In this document: positions 26,701 to 40,720 of the stretch, piece after piece
Layout: each line of letters starts with the position of its first letter
Position numbering within the stretch: position 1 is the stretch's first letter
Assembly (NCBI GenBank): GCA_973895155.1
Contig: OZ316896.1
Location: 9,807,525 to 9,871,524, forward strand
Reading direction: 5' to 3'
From: Marsupella aquatica
Lineage: Eukaryota; Plantae; Marchantiophyta
DNA: 64,000 bases
Translations under genes and position numbers: made by a program
The notes under the pieces: model-generated
The model's input: only the letters and a program-made list of their open reading frames with translations
What the model was told of the DNA's origin: nothing
Databases searched by the model: none

Positions 26701-29700
26701 ATGAGACCAGTGGTCTTAGTACTCTTTGTGGGGCTTCTGGGTCCCTTGCTACTTTGCCCAGGAGTGTGGACGCAACCTAGTGGGGGTGGGGGTAAATTTG
26801 CGACCAGCTTGTGTGATGAACTAGTCAGGCCTAATGGCTACAGCTGCAGTGAACATCGAGTAAGTAGCTTGGACCCTCTATGAAATTGAACCGTGACAAT
26901 ACAAGGCACTTGATTTGCTGATTACGGAGTAACTTCATGTGCAATCCGTGTAGACATCGCGAAAATTAGTCCTGTACTTTAGAAACATCTTTCTTCCGTT
27001 AGTACGATTTGTCGCACCAGACCAAGCACTAGATGACAGTGTCCGACTCTAGGTCGATCAGTACCCAATTGTGCCAGGCAATAATTATAGTTGAATGATA
27101 CATAATTTAATTTGCTTAACTTGCTTCTTTGCAGGCAGTGACCGACGACGGGTTTATCTTGGGCCTTCAGAACATTCCCTCTCCCCAAGGACAGACGCAG
27201 CCATCTGGTGGCCCTCCCGTAATTCTTATGCACGGACTCATCGCAGTAGGTGTTAAGGCTAAGATTTGTAACAATTTGTTGTAGTACAGTTGTTAGACCG
27301 GAGATTTGATTTTTCCCTCGAGCGGGAAGTCTTTACAATCCGTACAGATTGTGGCAGACTGCTGCATTCCTGAAATTTCAGTACCTAAATCTACTCATCT
27401 AGTAATTATTGCAGTCTGGAACGTCTGTTTTGCCTGGAGATGGTCAGGACGCGGCGTACCTTGGACCCCAGGGCCGTAGTCAAAGGAGCTGACATCAGCG
27501 AACCGTTTTTGATGCCTTGAATCAATGTTTGTCCAGGCGGGGGACAACTTCGTCGTGAACCCACCGCAGGAGGCTTTGGCATTCGTCTTAGCAGACGCTG
27601 GCTTCGATGTCTGGATTTTAAACAACAGAGCTGTGCAGTGGAGCCATGGGCATCAGAACCTCTCTCCATCTGACGACGTAAGTGAGAAGAGAAACGTCTG
27701 GTGAATGCCAACTTCTCACATGATCGGTCTTTTCTGAATGAAACTACTTCTACAATTCCCTCGATCGTTCAGTCCTTACATGATCGAAGAAATGAGACAA
27801 GGGAAGCTTTTGAAAAAATGAAATGGAATGTTATGTTGCTTTGAGCAGAGGTATTGGGACTGGACTTTTGACGAACTAGCATCTTACGACTTGAAAGCCA
27901 TGACCGAGTATGTCTACAGCCAAACAAACGGGAGAAAATTGAATTATATCGGCCACTCTCAGGTACAAATCTTCATTTCCAGGAAGACTGTGCTAGTCAA
28001 GTATATCAACTCATGACCATCTTATAGGGCTTCAACGAATGTTACTCAACGTGTTGAACTTGTGTTCAACTCTTTGAGAGTAATTTCAACTTCAAGTTCC
28101 ACAGTGAAACGGGATAAAACAATGAAGGAATCCCGCCTGTTTGAAATAGCGCAATGGCAATTTAAAATTTAGAATCAACAAGCTAGCCCCTAGAGAAGCA
28201 CTTCCCTCACTCTACAATCGCAATTAGTCGGCTTTAAACTTGAATAGTTAAGCTGGAAGTGGCTCGTTTAGAACTCCGTAATTGTTATCTCCGTGCAACA
28301 AATACTAAGAGATGTTGATAATTATTTGTGGCAACTGCGATCAGGGAACCTTGTTGCTCTTTGCTGGTCTAACTGGAGGCAAATTCAAGACCGATATTCT
28401 AGGACATTTGAATACAGCCGTGCTGCTGGCTCCAGCCACATATATCTCCCACCTTACGGCCCCGATTATCAAAGTAGGACTCACGATCTACGCTGATCAG
28501 GTATTACTCTCAAAGCCCCCATCACCGACTAATTAAATCCCTCAGATTGTACACAGGTTGCAATGATTGGTCAAAATCCGTCTAGGTGAAAAACGTTTTT
28601 ACTCTCTTCCTCTGCTAGTTTGATCTTTCATTTATTTACTAATTGTTCTCTTTCGTTGCTGATTTTGAAGACTACCAAAACCATTCTAAGAAACGGAACG
28701 CCCACCGTTGTCACCGGTTTCTGAATTCGTGAACTTATTCTCGATTTAACGTGACTAATCAAGCATGATGGTCATGATTATTTTGTTTGGCGTGTTGTAG
28801 ATTCTAAATGTTGTCGGCAATGGAGAATCTGATGCTAGCGTGTAAGTGATTTGAGATGAGTAAATTTATCGTAGTCAGATTCTAATTTCTATATATGTCG
28901 ATATCTGGTGTATTGTCCTAATCATGTTCAAGTGTCTAAGATATCATCATCGTAGTCAGATTACGAATTGAAGAAGATTTTTGTATCCGGTCTGCCCATT
29001 TATCCTACATTATAATCGTCATGGGTTTTGCAGCTTTTTCAATATAACATGCACAAGTCCTTTAATATCGGCTCTAGCCTGCAGCGATGTCTATTATGGC
29101 CTTCTAGGTAACTGTCATTGTTACTACTTTAGCCCTTGATAACTAGGCATGCTGGAATGAGCATACATTCTATGTATCCACTTTAATTGGAGATTTCGTG
29201 ATGAGTATCTGTCCCTGGGTGTGATTAGATTAACGATTCCTTGTCTAAAACGTGGCACGAACTTTTGTAGGTCAAAACGGCTATCTCAATCAATCCCGTC
29301 TTGGGTTCTACAGCCAGTACTACCCACAACCAACTTCATCATTCAACGTCAACCATATCGGCCAAAGTGAGTGGTTTACTACTGTGAAACATGGCGTCTG
29401 GATACACTAGACGTACAGTATTTGGCTGAATATATAGTTGTAGGATATTTTGGTCGCAATTGCTAAGGAAATGATCCCGTTTGGAATGCTTGTTATCAGA
29501 TTTTGAGAGCTAGCCAAATGCTAATCCCTGCCATTGTCAGTGTAACTAAAGCGAAACGAGAGACAGCGGGAATTGTAATTTTTTTGAGAAAGTGAGACAC
29601 GGAGAGAGAGAGACACTGGTGATGTCTTCTCTTCTCTTGTCTTTTCTAACTTGCCAATATTCTAAGAAGCTAGTGAGATCAATTGAAAAAATAGTGAGGG

Positions 29701-30034
29701 AATGATTACAATTCTAATATCTGGAAGTATGTGATGTGTTGTAGGTTACAGAACGCAGACCTTCCAATTCTACTCCAGAAGTCCCCTTGACGACCCTCCC
29801 AAATATGATTTGACAACTTTTCCTACAAGCCTTCCTCTCCAACTGTGGACTGGTGCCGTTGACGGAATTGCTGACCCAATTGATTTGAAGGCACTCTTGG
29901 CAGAGCTCCCAAGCTCCAATAGGATAGTCAACACTCTACCAGATTATGGCCATGTAGATTTCGTCTATGGCGTTAGAACTTACATAGACGTTTACCCCGG
30001 CATCATCACTTTCCTCCGAAGTCATACATCGTAG
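26701..30034 (+). CDS. Triacylglycerol/acid lipase, copy 2, 9 exons, 393 aa
   Basis: Exons 26701-26859, 27135-27245, 27537-27677, 27849-27962, 28345-28500, 28801-28841, 29034-29107, 29271-29366, 29745-30034; same exon lengths as copy 1; GHSQG, DGIAD, YGHVDF intact. Confidence 0.95.
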
Positions 30035-30344
30035 TTGGCCGGTTGTTGTACACATCATACCCGACCCTACATACTCTCCTAGACTGTCAGTGATTCTGCC
30101 AAATAATTTGAAGTTCACCAGAGAGATTTAATCTGATTTAATTAGAGTACCACGTTGATGTGCACTTATTTCAAGAATAATTGCATAATTCGAGGTTTCC
30201 TTAGTCGATAGAACTCGACATTACCAGTCAAAATCGATTTTTACTACTTCAAAACTAGGTTGTATACATTCAAGTGAAACTGTCTGGTGGTGTATTGGAG
30301 TTGTCCATCAAGTATGCATTTATATCTAAAGCCTTAGAGAAGCA

Positions 30345-33300
30345 AAATCTTTGGTCTGTGCTTTCGCAAAATCAAGTCAAATTGTTTCCTGTATTCTTCA
30401 TCCTCGAACTACTACACCTTTCAAAATGGTCCATCTTGATTTGTGTGGATAAACCTCCACTACAGGCATCATCAACAAACACTCTATTCTTGTGATCACC
30501 GACAAATTTTCTGGAACCTGCTGGACAACTAGCTTGTCTTACAAGCACGAGGTTTTCCCCTAATTCATAAGTTTTTTCAGATGGTGATCAATCAGTCCAG
30601 TTCTACAATACAGGAGGCTCCTCTTGATAGCAGTCTGAAATTTGGTGGAAATCAGTTACAGTAATTCCTCAATTCACATTGCGTAAACACTTTTCACTCT
30701 GCTCCTTATCATCACGATAAGAAAGGTATAGCTGAACAGGCCATTGATGGGTCACTGTTAAAGCTCGGGCAATGCTTCTGGATTCACATATACCCGTCCA
30801 ACTTTGGCCCAAGGGAGTGATAGCAGCTACATATCTTGCTATCATTCGTCTACATCTGTGAACCTTTCTTCCCAGTCACTTGCATTTTGCCTCTCAGACA
30901 TTAAATCTTCCATGTACTTTTGTCTTGAGCATTTGTACCTTTTGGTGCTATAGCTTACATTCATATACCTCCCAAAATTTGTTTTTGTGTCGAGGAAGTT
31001 TGAAGCTAATGCGCAAAAGGGATTTCTTGTCGGCTATTCACTAAAACATAAATTTTGAATCTGGTTGCCTCACAAATCCATTGTTAGTCAAATAGCAAAT
31101 GTTAATTGGACGAAACACCTAAAAATTCATCAATTCCATTTTAATCCCCGGATTCCTAGGTTCCTGATGGTGTGAAGTTGTTCCTTCCTTCATTACCCTG
31201 TCTACCACTCAGTTACCACCGTCCTTGGCACCTATTCCACGTCCCATTGTTCTACTTCCTATTAGTCCTTCACCCCTTGGCAGCCCACAATCCGAGTAAG
31301 TCCATTTCGACATACAAGCTGCTCATCTATCTACTTGAGTTTCATCTCGGACAAATAAGGGTCACCCACCCTCTCGGTATCAGGATGTCTCTGCTTCTAT
31401 GCCTACATATCATTTATCCCTGTACCAGTTTTGTTTTACATGATCATACCACTGGTAGTTCTCTATTCGTACCACAATGCTCTCTTCTCTTCTATCACTT
31501 CTGATGCCCCCATACATATGCTCAAGCTAGGGCTCGTCCAAATGGTGATCGATGGAAGGAGGCTTAGACGAAGTTGATGCCTCTTCGCACAGGTTCTCGC
31601 CTACTTCCTTCACATTGGGTGTATCAGAAACACAATGGAATCTGCAAGGCCTGATTCAAGGTTCGAGGTGACAAACAACGTCCTGGTCTTGACCATGATC
31701 ATATTTTTGTATTTGTCGTGCGACCTGAAACTTCTCACTCCACTCTGGCATTAACATAACTGGGGGGGCGCACAGTTTCAATGTCGTCACTGCGCTTGTC
31801 GGTGCATTACTACAATCACCCTCTCAAATTCATGCTCATCCACCCCCAGGCTATGAAACTCGTGATGATGATGGTGAGCGCCTTGTCTGGCTATTATTAC
31901 AGTCAAGCTTTGTATGGACTAAGGCAGTCTGGATGCACGTGGGTACTTCGAAATTGTTGATTTCTCCAGCACTTTTGGCTACACCCGTCTGCTATCAGAT
32001 TCTTATGTAGATAATCCTTCTGGCGAGCTCATTGTTCTCTGGGTTGATGATATGATAATCCCTGAATCTCAGCATCATCCATTGTACTCGTGATGGTCTT
32101 CAATCACAGTGAAATCTGGGACCTTGGTAAATTATCAGTTCATTTAGGCATAAGGATTACTCGCAATTGACCAACGTGCAGTCCGCATTTGGACCAAGAA
32201 CCTTATGCCCTAAAAATCCTGCAGAGTTTTCATCTTGATTCCAGTGCTATTCGTCTTCATCCTGGCACAGGCAGTGAGTCTGGTACCATGTACTTCCCGG
32301 GATTCCTATGATGAGCGACCGAGATATCATTTTATGATTGGACCACTTCTATATCTTGCAGTCTGGACCCGTCCCCATATTCCGGAAAGATGTACAGAGT
32401 TAGGACAAACTTTCATCAATCGTAACTCTACTCATGAAAGTGCTCTTCGCTCTGTTCATGTATATCGACTCCACTCGTCTCCTTCGTAAACATTTTCAAC
32501 CTGAACGATTCTCTGGCCTCAAAGCTCACTCTTTTGGTTTTGTTGGTTTCTCCGAAGCCTCTTTTGCTGACAATTGGCTGGTCGACGATCGTCAACCGGC
32601 CAGCGAAAATCTTTTCAAGCTTGAAGGAGGAGCTGTATCCTGGAAATCCAGGAAACAGCCAGTCACTGCTACTTCGTCAACTGAATCTGAACATTTGGCT
32701 TTTTCTCCTGTCTGTAAAGGAAGCCATTACGCAGATTGCTCTTCGATCTTGATTACGATTCTGCTGATGTTCGACGCGTGGTTCTACATTGTGACAACCC
32801 ACCTGCCCTGTCACCCACATTTAATCCAGAGCTCATTTTCCGACCAAACACATTGGGGTCCAACGGCGTTACACAACAGAACAGGTTAAGGCTGTTGTTA
32901 TAGAGATGCAGCATCTACCTACACAGATTAGGCCAGCTGACGGCTTAACTAGGACACTCCGTGCTCCTAAATGCATCAAATTTGTTGGGCTCTTTGACTT
33001 CGCTATGCTGTTTCCTTTTGTCACTTCTTCAGTTTTTTACTCAACCAATTCTTTTCTTCACAAAATCTGGGAGATCTGTTGTTTATGTTGATAAAACTAT
33101 CTACGTGACTAAGATGGCTGAACAGTGAAAGTAGAGGGCATAAGTACTTAAGTGAAGCCAAGGCAAGGAGTGCCCAGAGGAAGAGAGGCGCCGCACGGTG
33201 AGCGGGACCCATAGATCAGATCAAGGGAGCAGTGAAAGTACTTAAGTGAAGCCAAGGCAAGGAGTGCCCAGAGGAAGAGAGGCGCCGCACGGTGAGCGGG

Positions 33301-33790
33301 ACCCATAGATCAGATCAAGGGAGCAGTGAAAGTACTTAAGTGAAGCCAAGGCAAGGAGTGCCCAGAGGAAGAGAGGCGCCGCACGGTGAGCGGGACCCAT
33401 AGATCAGATCAAGGGAGCAGTGAGGCAGACCTAGATCAGATGGTACTCAGAAGAGGACGGAAGACGACAAGGAACAGCAAGTGGCGCAACGGAATGGTAA
33501 GTGGGCCCAACAGGTAAACGGTACTGAGGATCGCAGCATTTCCAACAGTTTATCCCCTCTTTTCGATGTTCTGCGTAGAATGACACCTGAACCGTTTACA
33601 GAGGCGCGTCTCCACTTCCTTTTCACGTAGCGTTTTTATACTGAGTTGTTTCCCTCCCACAAAAGACGGGGATCAATTTTGATGTGCTGAAGTTCTCACA
33701 TCTAAGTGTACTTGCTGGTTCTATGAAACTACGAAACTGTTACGCATTTTCATTTCTGACTTTTCAAGCAAGAGTTCTTTCAATTTCTCA
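30345..33790 (+). mobile_element. Heavily degraded, 5'-truncated Ty1/copia relic (integrase-RT-RNase H, probable 3' LTR from about 33077)
   Basis: Fragments MVHLDLCG (30426), PYHHDKKGIAE, GFLVGY, WVYQK, LYGLRQSG, WVDDM, GGAVSWKSRKQPVTATSSTESE, ADGLTR, with many stops and frameshifts. Paralogy to the lipase unit resumes at about 33795. Confidence 0.85.
33086..33547. mobile_element. Solo LTR (462 bp) with an internal 94-bp x3 tandem repeat (33142-33423)
   Basis: TGTTG...CAACA termini and perfect 5-bp TSD GTTTA (33081-33085, 33548-33552). Confidence 0.85.
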
Positions 33791-35785
33791 ATATACGACA
33801 ATTCATTTTCTTTCAGAGATATGGAGATGCGAAAGCCTTGCTCTTGGACCAATTGGCCATAAAATTTCCAAGAGATCTTCAAGCGAGATACATCATCAGC
33901 GCAAGAAGGGCTGGGATTCTGGGAAAATTGGGAGGAACCGGAACCTTTGGACGAACTATTTGCAACGAAATTTGATCTTATTTGTCGTCTATTATTTTTC
34001 ATGAAAAAGTTTGAAGGCAGAGCATATATAAATGAGCCATAATGAAATGAATTGTTAACACCAGGTTCATCACTGTTGTCCTGACGCAAGAAGTCAGTAC
34101 GCACAGCAACTAATGCTCTGTTTCATGACTTTGACGCGTCGGATCAAAGTTCAAGGTCTCACGATCATTGAGCTTGGGGTTCTGACATGTACATATGTCA
34201 CGAAAGGTCCGGGTGGCTTCAAGTCTACAGTACTGAATTTTTCGTCGAATTTCACACTCAATGCAAACTAATCTGTACTAGTTGCCCCCTGGTGCCACAC
34301 AGCCATTTACAAGTACTTAATGCACTTTGTGATTTCAATTTTCTTTGTAAGTTTGAGGGCAGATCAAGAGAAGAATGCACATGTCAAGATTTGGATCAAC
34401 TAATGATGAAAATACTCGTGTACTGCGACTAGAATTAGAATATAAAAAACAAAACCCTGCAATGTCTACTCTCTCTCTGCCGGGCCTGAAAATTTTTGAG
34501 CTGCCTTCTTTTGACACTTCACTCTCTTGGGATCGTCGTCCTTTTCGTTTCAATCTAAACCTTATTCATACGAGCCGTTTCCAGAGAGTACAACATAGAC
34601 ACAAGAACCTTCAACTAGCTGAAATTAATGAAATTTTGGCGCTCACCTACTTCTGAATCCTCCCTGCAAATTAGTATAGAAATAGAATAGGATATAACTT
34701 ACTGCACATGACAGTCAGAGTACAATTTTAACCGCCATTTCTGATCGTAGTATGAGTGAAAAATCTTTGTTCATGATACAACGCGCTGGATCAAGAGTCG
34801 GCACATTAAGGCCCATAAATGCAATGCCATCTCGACGTGTGGAAACTGCATTGTAACGTGCCTCAACGATTCAAAAGTATGATTTAGAAGCAATTCACTT
34901 GTACTTGGCAATGCGCGGTGAGACACTGATGTCCTGACTGCCGATTGAACGTCCGACCCTGGTTGTTATATTTGTGTTCAATATAGAGGAGAGCGAACAA
35001 TCACCACAGTTATAAAACTCATGTCAGGCTGGTCGATCTCGGGGAGAAAAATCTGGATTGCTACAGCACTAATGTAATGATCTAGATGAGACTGTTGCGA
35101 TTTTGGGACGAGATCCGAGGCTTCGGCGTCGGCTTTCCGTTCAGCATCTGGTAGGTCCATTTTGCTCCAGTGACTGACTATCTCACGCTAGAACCATCAC
35201 GATGTATGCACATCGCTATGCTGTTCGTCTGTGTTCATTGCTTTGTCACACGACGCTCAATTCGATTTCCTGAATTGCACAAAGGAGACACTGTCACGTA
35301 CCCTCGCTCGAGCTCCCACTCCTGGCGGGGACAAACCAATCGATCGTGTCGTGTGGACGCACAGCACGATGTGTCTATGGTAGCAATGCGGATCCAGAAG
35401 CTAGCTCAAGAAGCTCGGTCTGCCCTTGATCGAGCTTCTCGATAACATGCTAGCCAAACACGTTCCAGCTGAATACGATAAGGTTGCCCAATCGATTTCA
35501 AACAATTTCAAGTTTTAAAGTATGGAAATTATTTAGCGTTTTGATTTGCTTGTTTGTCGAGCTGTAACACAGTCAATGAGATTCTAAGCATGTACCTGTG
35601 CGACTTCGGCAGACTTGAAGCTATATTGCCAGGCAGAATGTAATCCAGGAAGTTGTTCTCATTGAATAAGATCTTATTCGAATCTGTGCAGTTTTATATA
35701 TGGGCGTTGGCTTGTTGTCCTTACTCCTGGCATTGCAGCTCTTGATTGGTGGTTACAGACGATTTTCTAGACACCGGCTACGAAG

Positions 35786-38700
35786 ATGAGACCAGTGGTC
35801 TTAGTACTCTTTCTGGGGCTTGTGGGTCCCTTGCTGTTTTGTCCAGGAGTGTGGACTCAGCCTAGCGGGGGTGGGGGTAAATTTGCGACCAGTTTGTGTG
35901 ATGAGCTAATCAGGCCTAACGGCTACAGCTGCATTGAAAATCATGTAAGTAGCTCGGACCCTCTCATGAAATCGACCGTATAGAAGGCTCTTGATTTGTG
36001 GATCGATTACGGAGCAAAGAACTTCACGTGCAACCATGTAGACATTGCCAAAATTAGTGCTGTCCTTCAGAAACATCTTTCTTTCATTAGTACGACACTC
36101 GCACTACACCTCGCACTAGACCGTGTCATGCAATCATCATACATTTATTAGCTTGCTAAACTTGTTACTCTGCAGGCAGTGACGGACGACGGGTTTATCT
36201 TGGGCCTTCAGAACATTCCCTCTCCCCAAGGACAGACGCAGCCATCTGGTGGCCCTCCTGTACTTCTTATGCACGGACTTAGTGCCGTGAGTGTGAAGGA
36301 TTTGCTCTCTTTAACTGTAACAATTTGCCGTGGTGCAGTTGCTAGCTAGACTCGAGATTTGATTTTTCCTTCGATGGGGAATTCTTTACGATAAAGATGG
36401 TGTCCCATTGCTGCATTCCCAAAAATTTAGCACCCATATGTACTCATAGTAATTATTGCATTCTGCGTCGCAAGTTTTACTTGGAGATGGTCAGGACAAC
36501 TAAGTTGGTCCTACCCCATCGCCGTAATCAAAGGAGCTCATATCAGCGAACCGTTTTTGGTTCCTTGAATCAATGTTTATCCAGGCTGGGGACAACTTCG
36601 TCGCGAACCCACCGCAGGAATCTTTGGCCTTCGTCTTAGCTGACGCTGGCTTCGATGTCTGGATTTCAAACAACAGAGCTGTGCAGTGGAGCCATGGGCA
36701 TCAGAACCTCTCGCCATCTGACGACGTAAGTGAGAACGAAAACGTCACTCTTATGAATGCCAACTATTCATCTGATGTATGGTCGGTCTTTTCTGGACTT
36801 TTGGATTAAATTACTTCTACAATTATCGCGTTCGCTTAGTCCTTAGGTGATCGAAGAAATGAGGCAAGGAATCTTTAAATTGATGACATGAGCTGACGTA
36901 TTGCTTGGAGCAGAGGTATTGGGACTGGACTTTTGACGAACTAGCATCTTACGACTTGAAAGCCATGACCGAGTATGTCTACAACCAAAGAAACGGGAGA
37001 AAATTAAATTATATCGGCCACTCTCAGGTACAAATCTTGATTGCCAGACAGAGTACGCTCGTCAAGTATATCAGCTTATGGTCTTATAGGGCTTCAACGA
37101 ATGTCCGAAAACGTTGCCAACTTGGTGTTTAACTGACGAGAACCTTCATAAAAAAATTGATTCTTCGACTTTGCCATGCACAAACTTCCAAAAGTAAAGA
37201 CCGGACAACACAACGAAGAAGTAAGAAAGAGTTTAAATGGCATACTTAAAGTTATCAACAAGCAGGCCCCTAGAGAAGCTTTGCACTCGTCCTATAATCG
37301 CAAATAGTCGGCTTCAAACTGGAATAGCTAAGCTGGAAGCAGCTCGTTTAGTACTCCGCAATTCTTATTTCCGTGCAACAAATACTGAAAGGTGTTAATG
37401 ACTGTTTGTGGTAAATACGATCAGGGCACCTTGATGCTCTTTGCTGGTCTAACTGGAGGCAAATTCAAGACCGATATTCTGGGATATTTGAATACAGCCG
37501 TGCTGCTTTCTCCAAACGCGTATTTCTCCCACCTTACGGCCCCAATTATCAAAGTAGGACTCACGATCTACGCAGACGAGGTACTACTCTCGAAGCCCTC
37601 ACCGGAAAATTGAATCCCTCTGTCAGATTGTACAAAGCTTTCAATGATTGGTCGAAAACCATCTAGTAGAAGAGAAGCTTTCCTCTTTTTCTGCTACTTT
37701 GATCTTTAATTTTTATGCTATTAGCCCGACAATTAGTTCTCCTCGGTTTGTGAAGTCAAACACTACCCAAAATCCAAAAAACCTATTCTCGATTTTAACA
37801 TGACTAATCAAGCATAACAGTAATGTCATGGTTGTTTTGTTTGGCGTTTTAAAGATTTTGGCTGTTGTCGGCAATGGAGAATCTGATGCTAACATGTAAG
37901 TAATTTGAAATGAATAATTTTATAAGAAAATCAAAGTCGGATTTTCAATTTTTATAGATTTCAGAGATTCTGGTATCATCCTAATCATGTTCAAGTTGCT
38001 AGCATATCCTCATCGTAGTCAGATTACAAATTGCAGAAGATGCTTGTATCCGGTCTACCAATCCAATGCTAAATCATAATCGTCATTGGTTTTGCAGCTT
38101 TTTGAATATAACATGCACGAGTCCTTTGATAACGGCTCTAGCCTGCAGCGATGTCTATGACGGCATTCTAGGTAACCGTCATTGTTACTGCTTTAGCCCT
38201 CTGATAACGAGGCACACTGGCATGAGGTTGCTTAATATGTATCCTCTCTAATTTCAGTTTTCGTGATGAGTATCTGTCCCTTGGTGTGATTAGATCATCA
38301 ATTTCTTGTCTGAGACGTGGTACGGACTTTTGTAGGTCAAAACAACTATGTCAATAAATCCCGTCTTGGGTTCTACAGCCAATACTACCCACAAGCAACT
38401 TCATCATTCAACGTCAACCATGTCGGCCAAAGTGAGTCGCTTGCTATTGTAAAAGATGGCTTCTGGATACACTAGAAAGTATTTGGTTTAATATAGTTGT
38501 CGCAACTGCTGCAAGTGATCCCATTTTGCATGCTTGTTATCAGGTTTTGAGAGCTAGCCAACTGCGAATCCCTACCATCGTCTCTGTAACTAATTGAAGG
38601 GAAACGAGGGACAGCGGGGATTGATAAAACCTGAGAAAGAGTCTCTTCTCTTCTCTTCTCTTCTCTTCTCTTCTCTTCTCTTCTCTTCTCTTCTCTTCTC

Positions 38701-39102
38701 TTCTCTTCTCTTCTCTTCTCTTCTCTTCTCTGTATTCTCTGTATTCTGAAGAACTAGTGAATCCAATTGATGATCACAATTCTAATTTCTGGAACTATGT
38801 GATGTATTGTAGGTTTCAGGACGCAGACCTTCCAATTCTACTCCAGAAGTCCCCTCGACGACCCTCCCAAATATGATTTGACAGATTTTCCTACGAGCCT
38901 TCCTCTTCAACTGTGGACTGGTGGATTTGACGGATTGGCTGACCCAACTGATGTGAATGCACTCTTGGCAAAGCTGCCTAGCTCCAATAGAGAAGTCAAC
39001 ACTCTACCAGATTATGGCCATGTAGATTTCATCTATGGTGTTAGAGCTTACATAGACGTTTACCCCGGCATCATCACTTTCCTCCGAAGTCATACACCGT
39101 AG
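35786..39102 (+). CDS. Triacylglycerol/acid lipase, copy 3, 9 exons, 393 aa
   Basis: Exons 35786-35944, 36176-36286, 36585-36725, 36914-37027, 37425-37580, 37855-37895, 38098-38171, 38336-38431, 38813-39102; triad GHSQG, DGLAD, YGHVDF intact; exon 6 uses an AAG acceptor. Confidence 0.93.
38642..38731. repeat. (TTCTC)n microsatellite in the last intron of lipase copy 3
   Basis: Pure pentamer run of about 90 bp. Confidence 0.97.
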
Positions 39103-39355
39103 TTGGCAGGATATTGTACACAGCATACTAGACACTGGAAACTCTCTTAAGACTGTCAGTGATTCTGCCAAATAATTTGAAGTTTCACCAGAAAGATACA
39201 ATCTGTTGAAGAGTACAACTTTGATGTGCACTTATTTCAAGAATAGTTGCAAACATTCGAGGTTCCAAAGTAGTTAGGACTCAACACCACCAGTGAAGAG
39301 AAGTGTTTACTTGACAACCAGTCAAAGCTTTTCAGAAACAAGCAGTCCTAAGTTT

Positions 39356-39785
39356 ATGGATAGCTCGGTTACTTGTGATTCTGAGTTTAGGAGAGTCGTC
39401 ATTTTCTTGATGATTAATGTTCTGGAATAATGATCATCAAGAAAATGATGGATAGCTCGGTTACTTGTGATTCTGAGTTTAGGAGAGTCGTCATTTTCTT
39501 GATGATGAATGTTCTGGAATAATGATCATCAAGAAAATGATGACTCTCCTAAACTCTCCCAAAGAGACTTATGAAATCATCGTTTAGGAGAGTCAATATC
39601 TTCTTGAGAATTAGAGATATGGAATAGAGTTATGAAATCATCGTTTAGGAGAGTCAACATTTTCTCGATGATTGGTGAACATTCTAGAATAGAGAGTTAT
39701 GAAATCATCGTTTAGGAGAGTCATCATTTGCTTGATGACTAGTGTTCGGGAATAGAGAGCTATGAAATCATCAAGAAAATGAATG
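39356..39785. repeat. Complex tandem and inverted repeat cluster
   Basis: 92-bp unit x2; 32-bp-stem hairpin at 39475-39556; several TTATGAAATCATCGTTTAGGAGAGTCA units. Confidence 0.9.
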
Positions 39786-39876
39786 ATTACCTGGAGTTCA
39801 ATGCCCCGGTTTGACCTTGCCCGTCAAACTGGGCGTTTTCGAGCGGCAAATCGGCAACCCGGCACCCGGGTTCGGA

Positions 39877-40410
39877 AGCAGTCCGGGAAAGGAAACCTTC
39901 GGCCGCAGTTCGGGTTCGGGAGGCCGGGTTCGGGAGGAGGTGCGGAGGGTTTGGGTGGGGGTTCGGGTGGGGGTCCGGGTGACTAATCGGGTCCGGGTCC
40001 GGGGCAAAGGCGCTTGGTTGGGGCTCGGGGTGGGGTCCGGGTGGGGTTCGGGTCCGCTCGGTGGGGGTTCGGGGTGGGGTCCGGGTGCGGCTCGGGTCCG
40101 AGAGGCCGAGTTTGGGAGGAGATGCCGGGGGTTCGGGTGGGGTTTCGGGTGGGGGTCCGGGTGGGGTTCGGGTCCGGGTCCGGGGGGTTCGGGTTCGGGA
40201 GGTGCGGGGGGTTTGGGTGGGGGTCCTTGCCCGGGGCGGAGGCGCTTGGTGGGGGTTCGGGTTGGGGTCCGGGTGGGGTTCGGGTTGGGTCCGGGAGGCC
40301 GGGGATCGGGGTGGGGTCCGGGTGGGGTTCGGGTGGGGGTCCGGTTCGGGGTTCGGGTCCGGGTCCGGGGGGCACTTCGGGGGTTCGGAGGTTCGGGGTT
40401 CGGGAGGGGA
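39877..40410 (+). repeat. G-rich telomere-like degenerate hexamer array (GGGTTC/GGGTCC/GGGGTT)
   Basis: Directly visible, with strong G-strand bias. Confidence 0.9.
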
Positions 40411-40535
40411 GTCTCAGATCAGGGTTTCGCAATTTAGGGTTGGAGGGTGAGGCCGGCCGGGAAAGGGTCGGGAGGGCGCTCGGGAGAGGATAAAAGGAGG
40501 AGATCCCTCCTCCCCCTCCTCATTTTTGGTTTTGC

Positions 40536-40720
40536 AGGAGGAGGAGAGGAGGAGGAGGGGAGGAGAGGAGGAGGAGAGGAGGAGGGGAGAAGAGGAGGAG
40601 GAGGGGAGGAGGAGAGGAGGAGGAGGAGGAGGAGAGGAAGAGGTAAGTGTTTGGTTTTGGTTTTGGTTTTTGATTTGTTTTTGTTTGTTTGTGTTTTGTG
40701 ATTTTTTTAGTTTTTTTTGT
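40536..40720. repeat. (GGA)n tract, then a GGTAAGT splice-donor motif and (GTTTTG)n
   Basis: Directly visible; donor-like motif at about 40642-40648. Confidence 0.85.
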
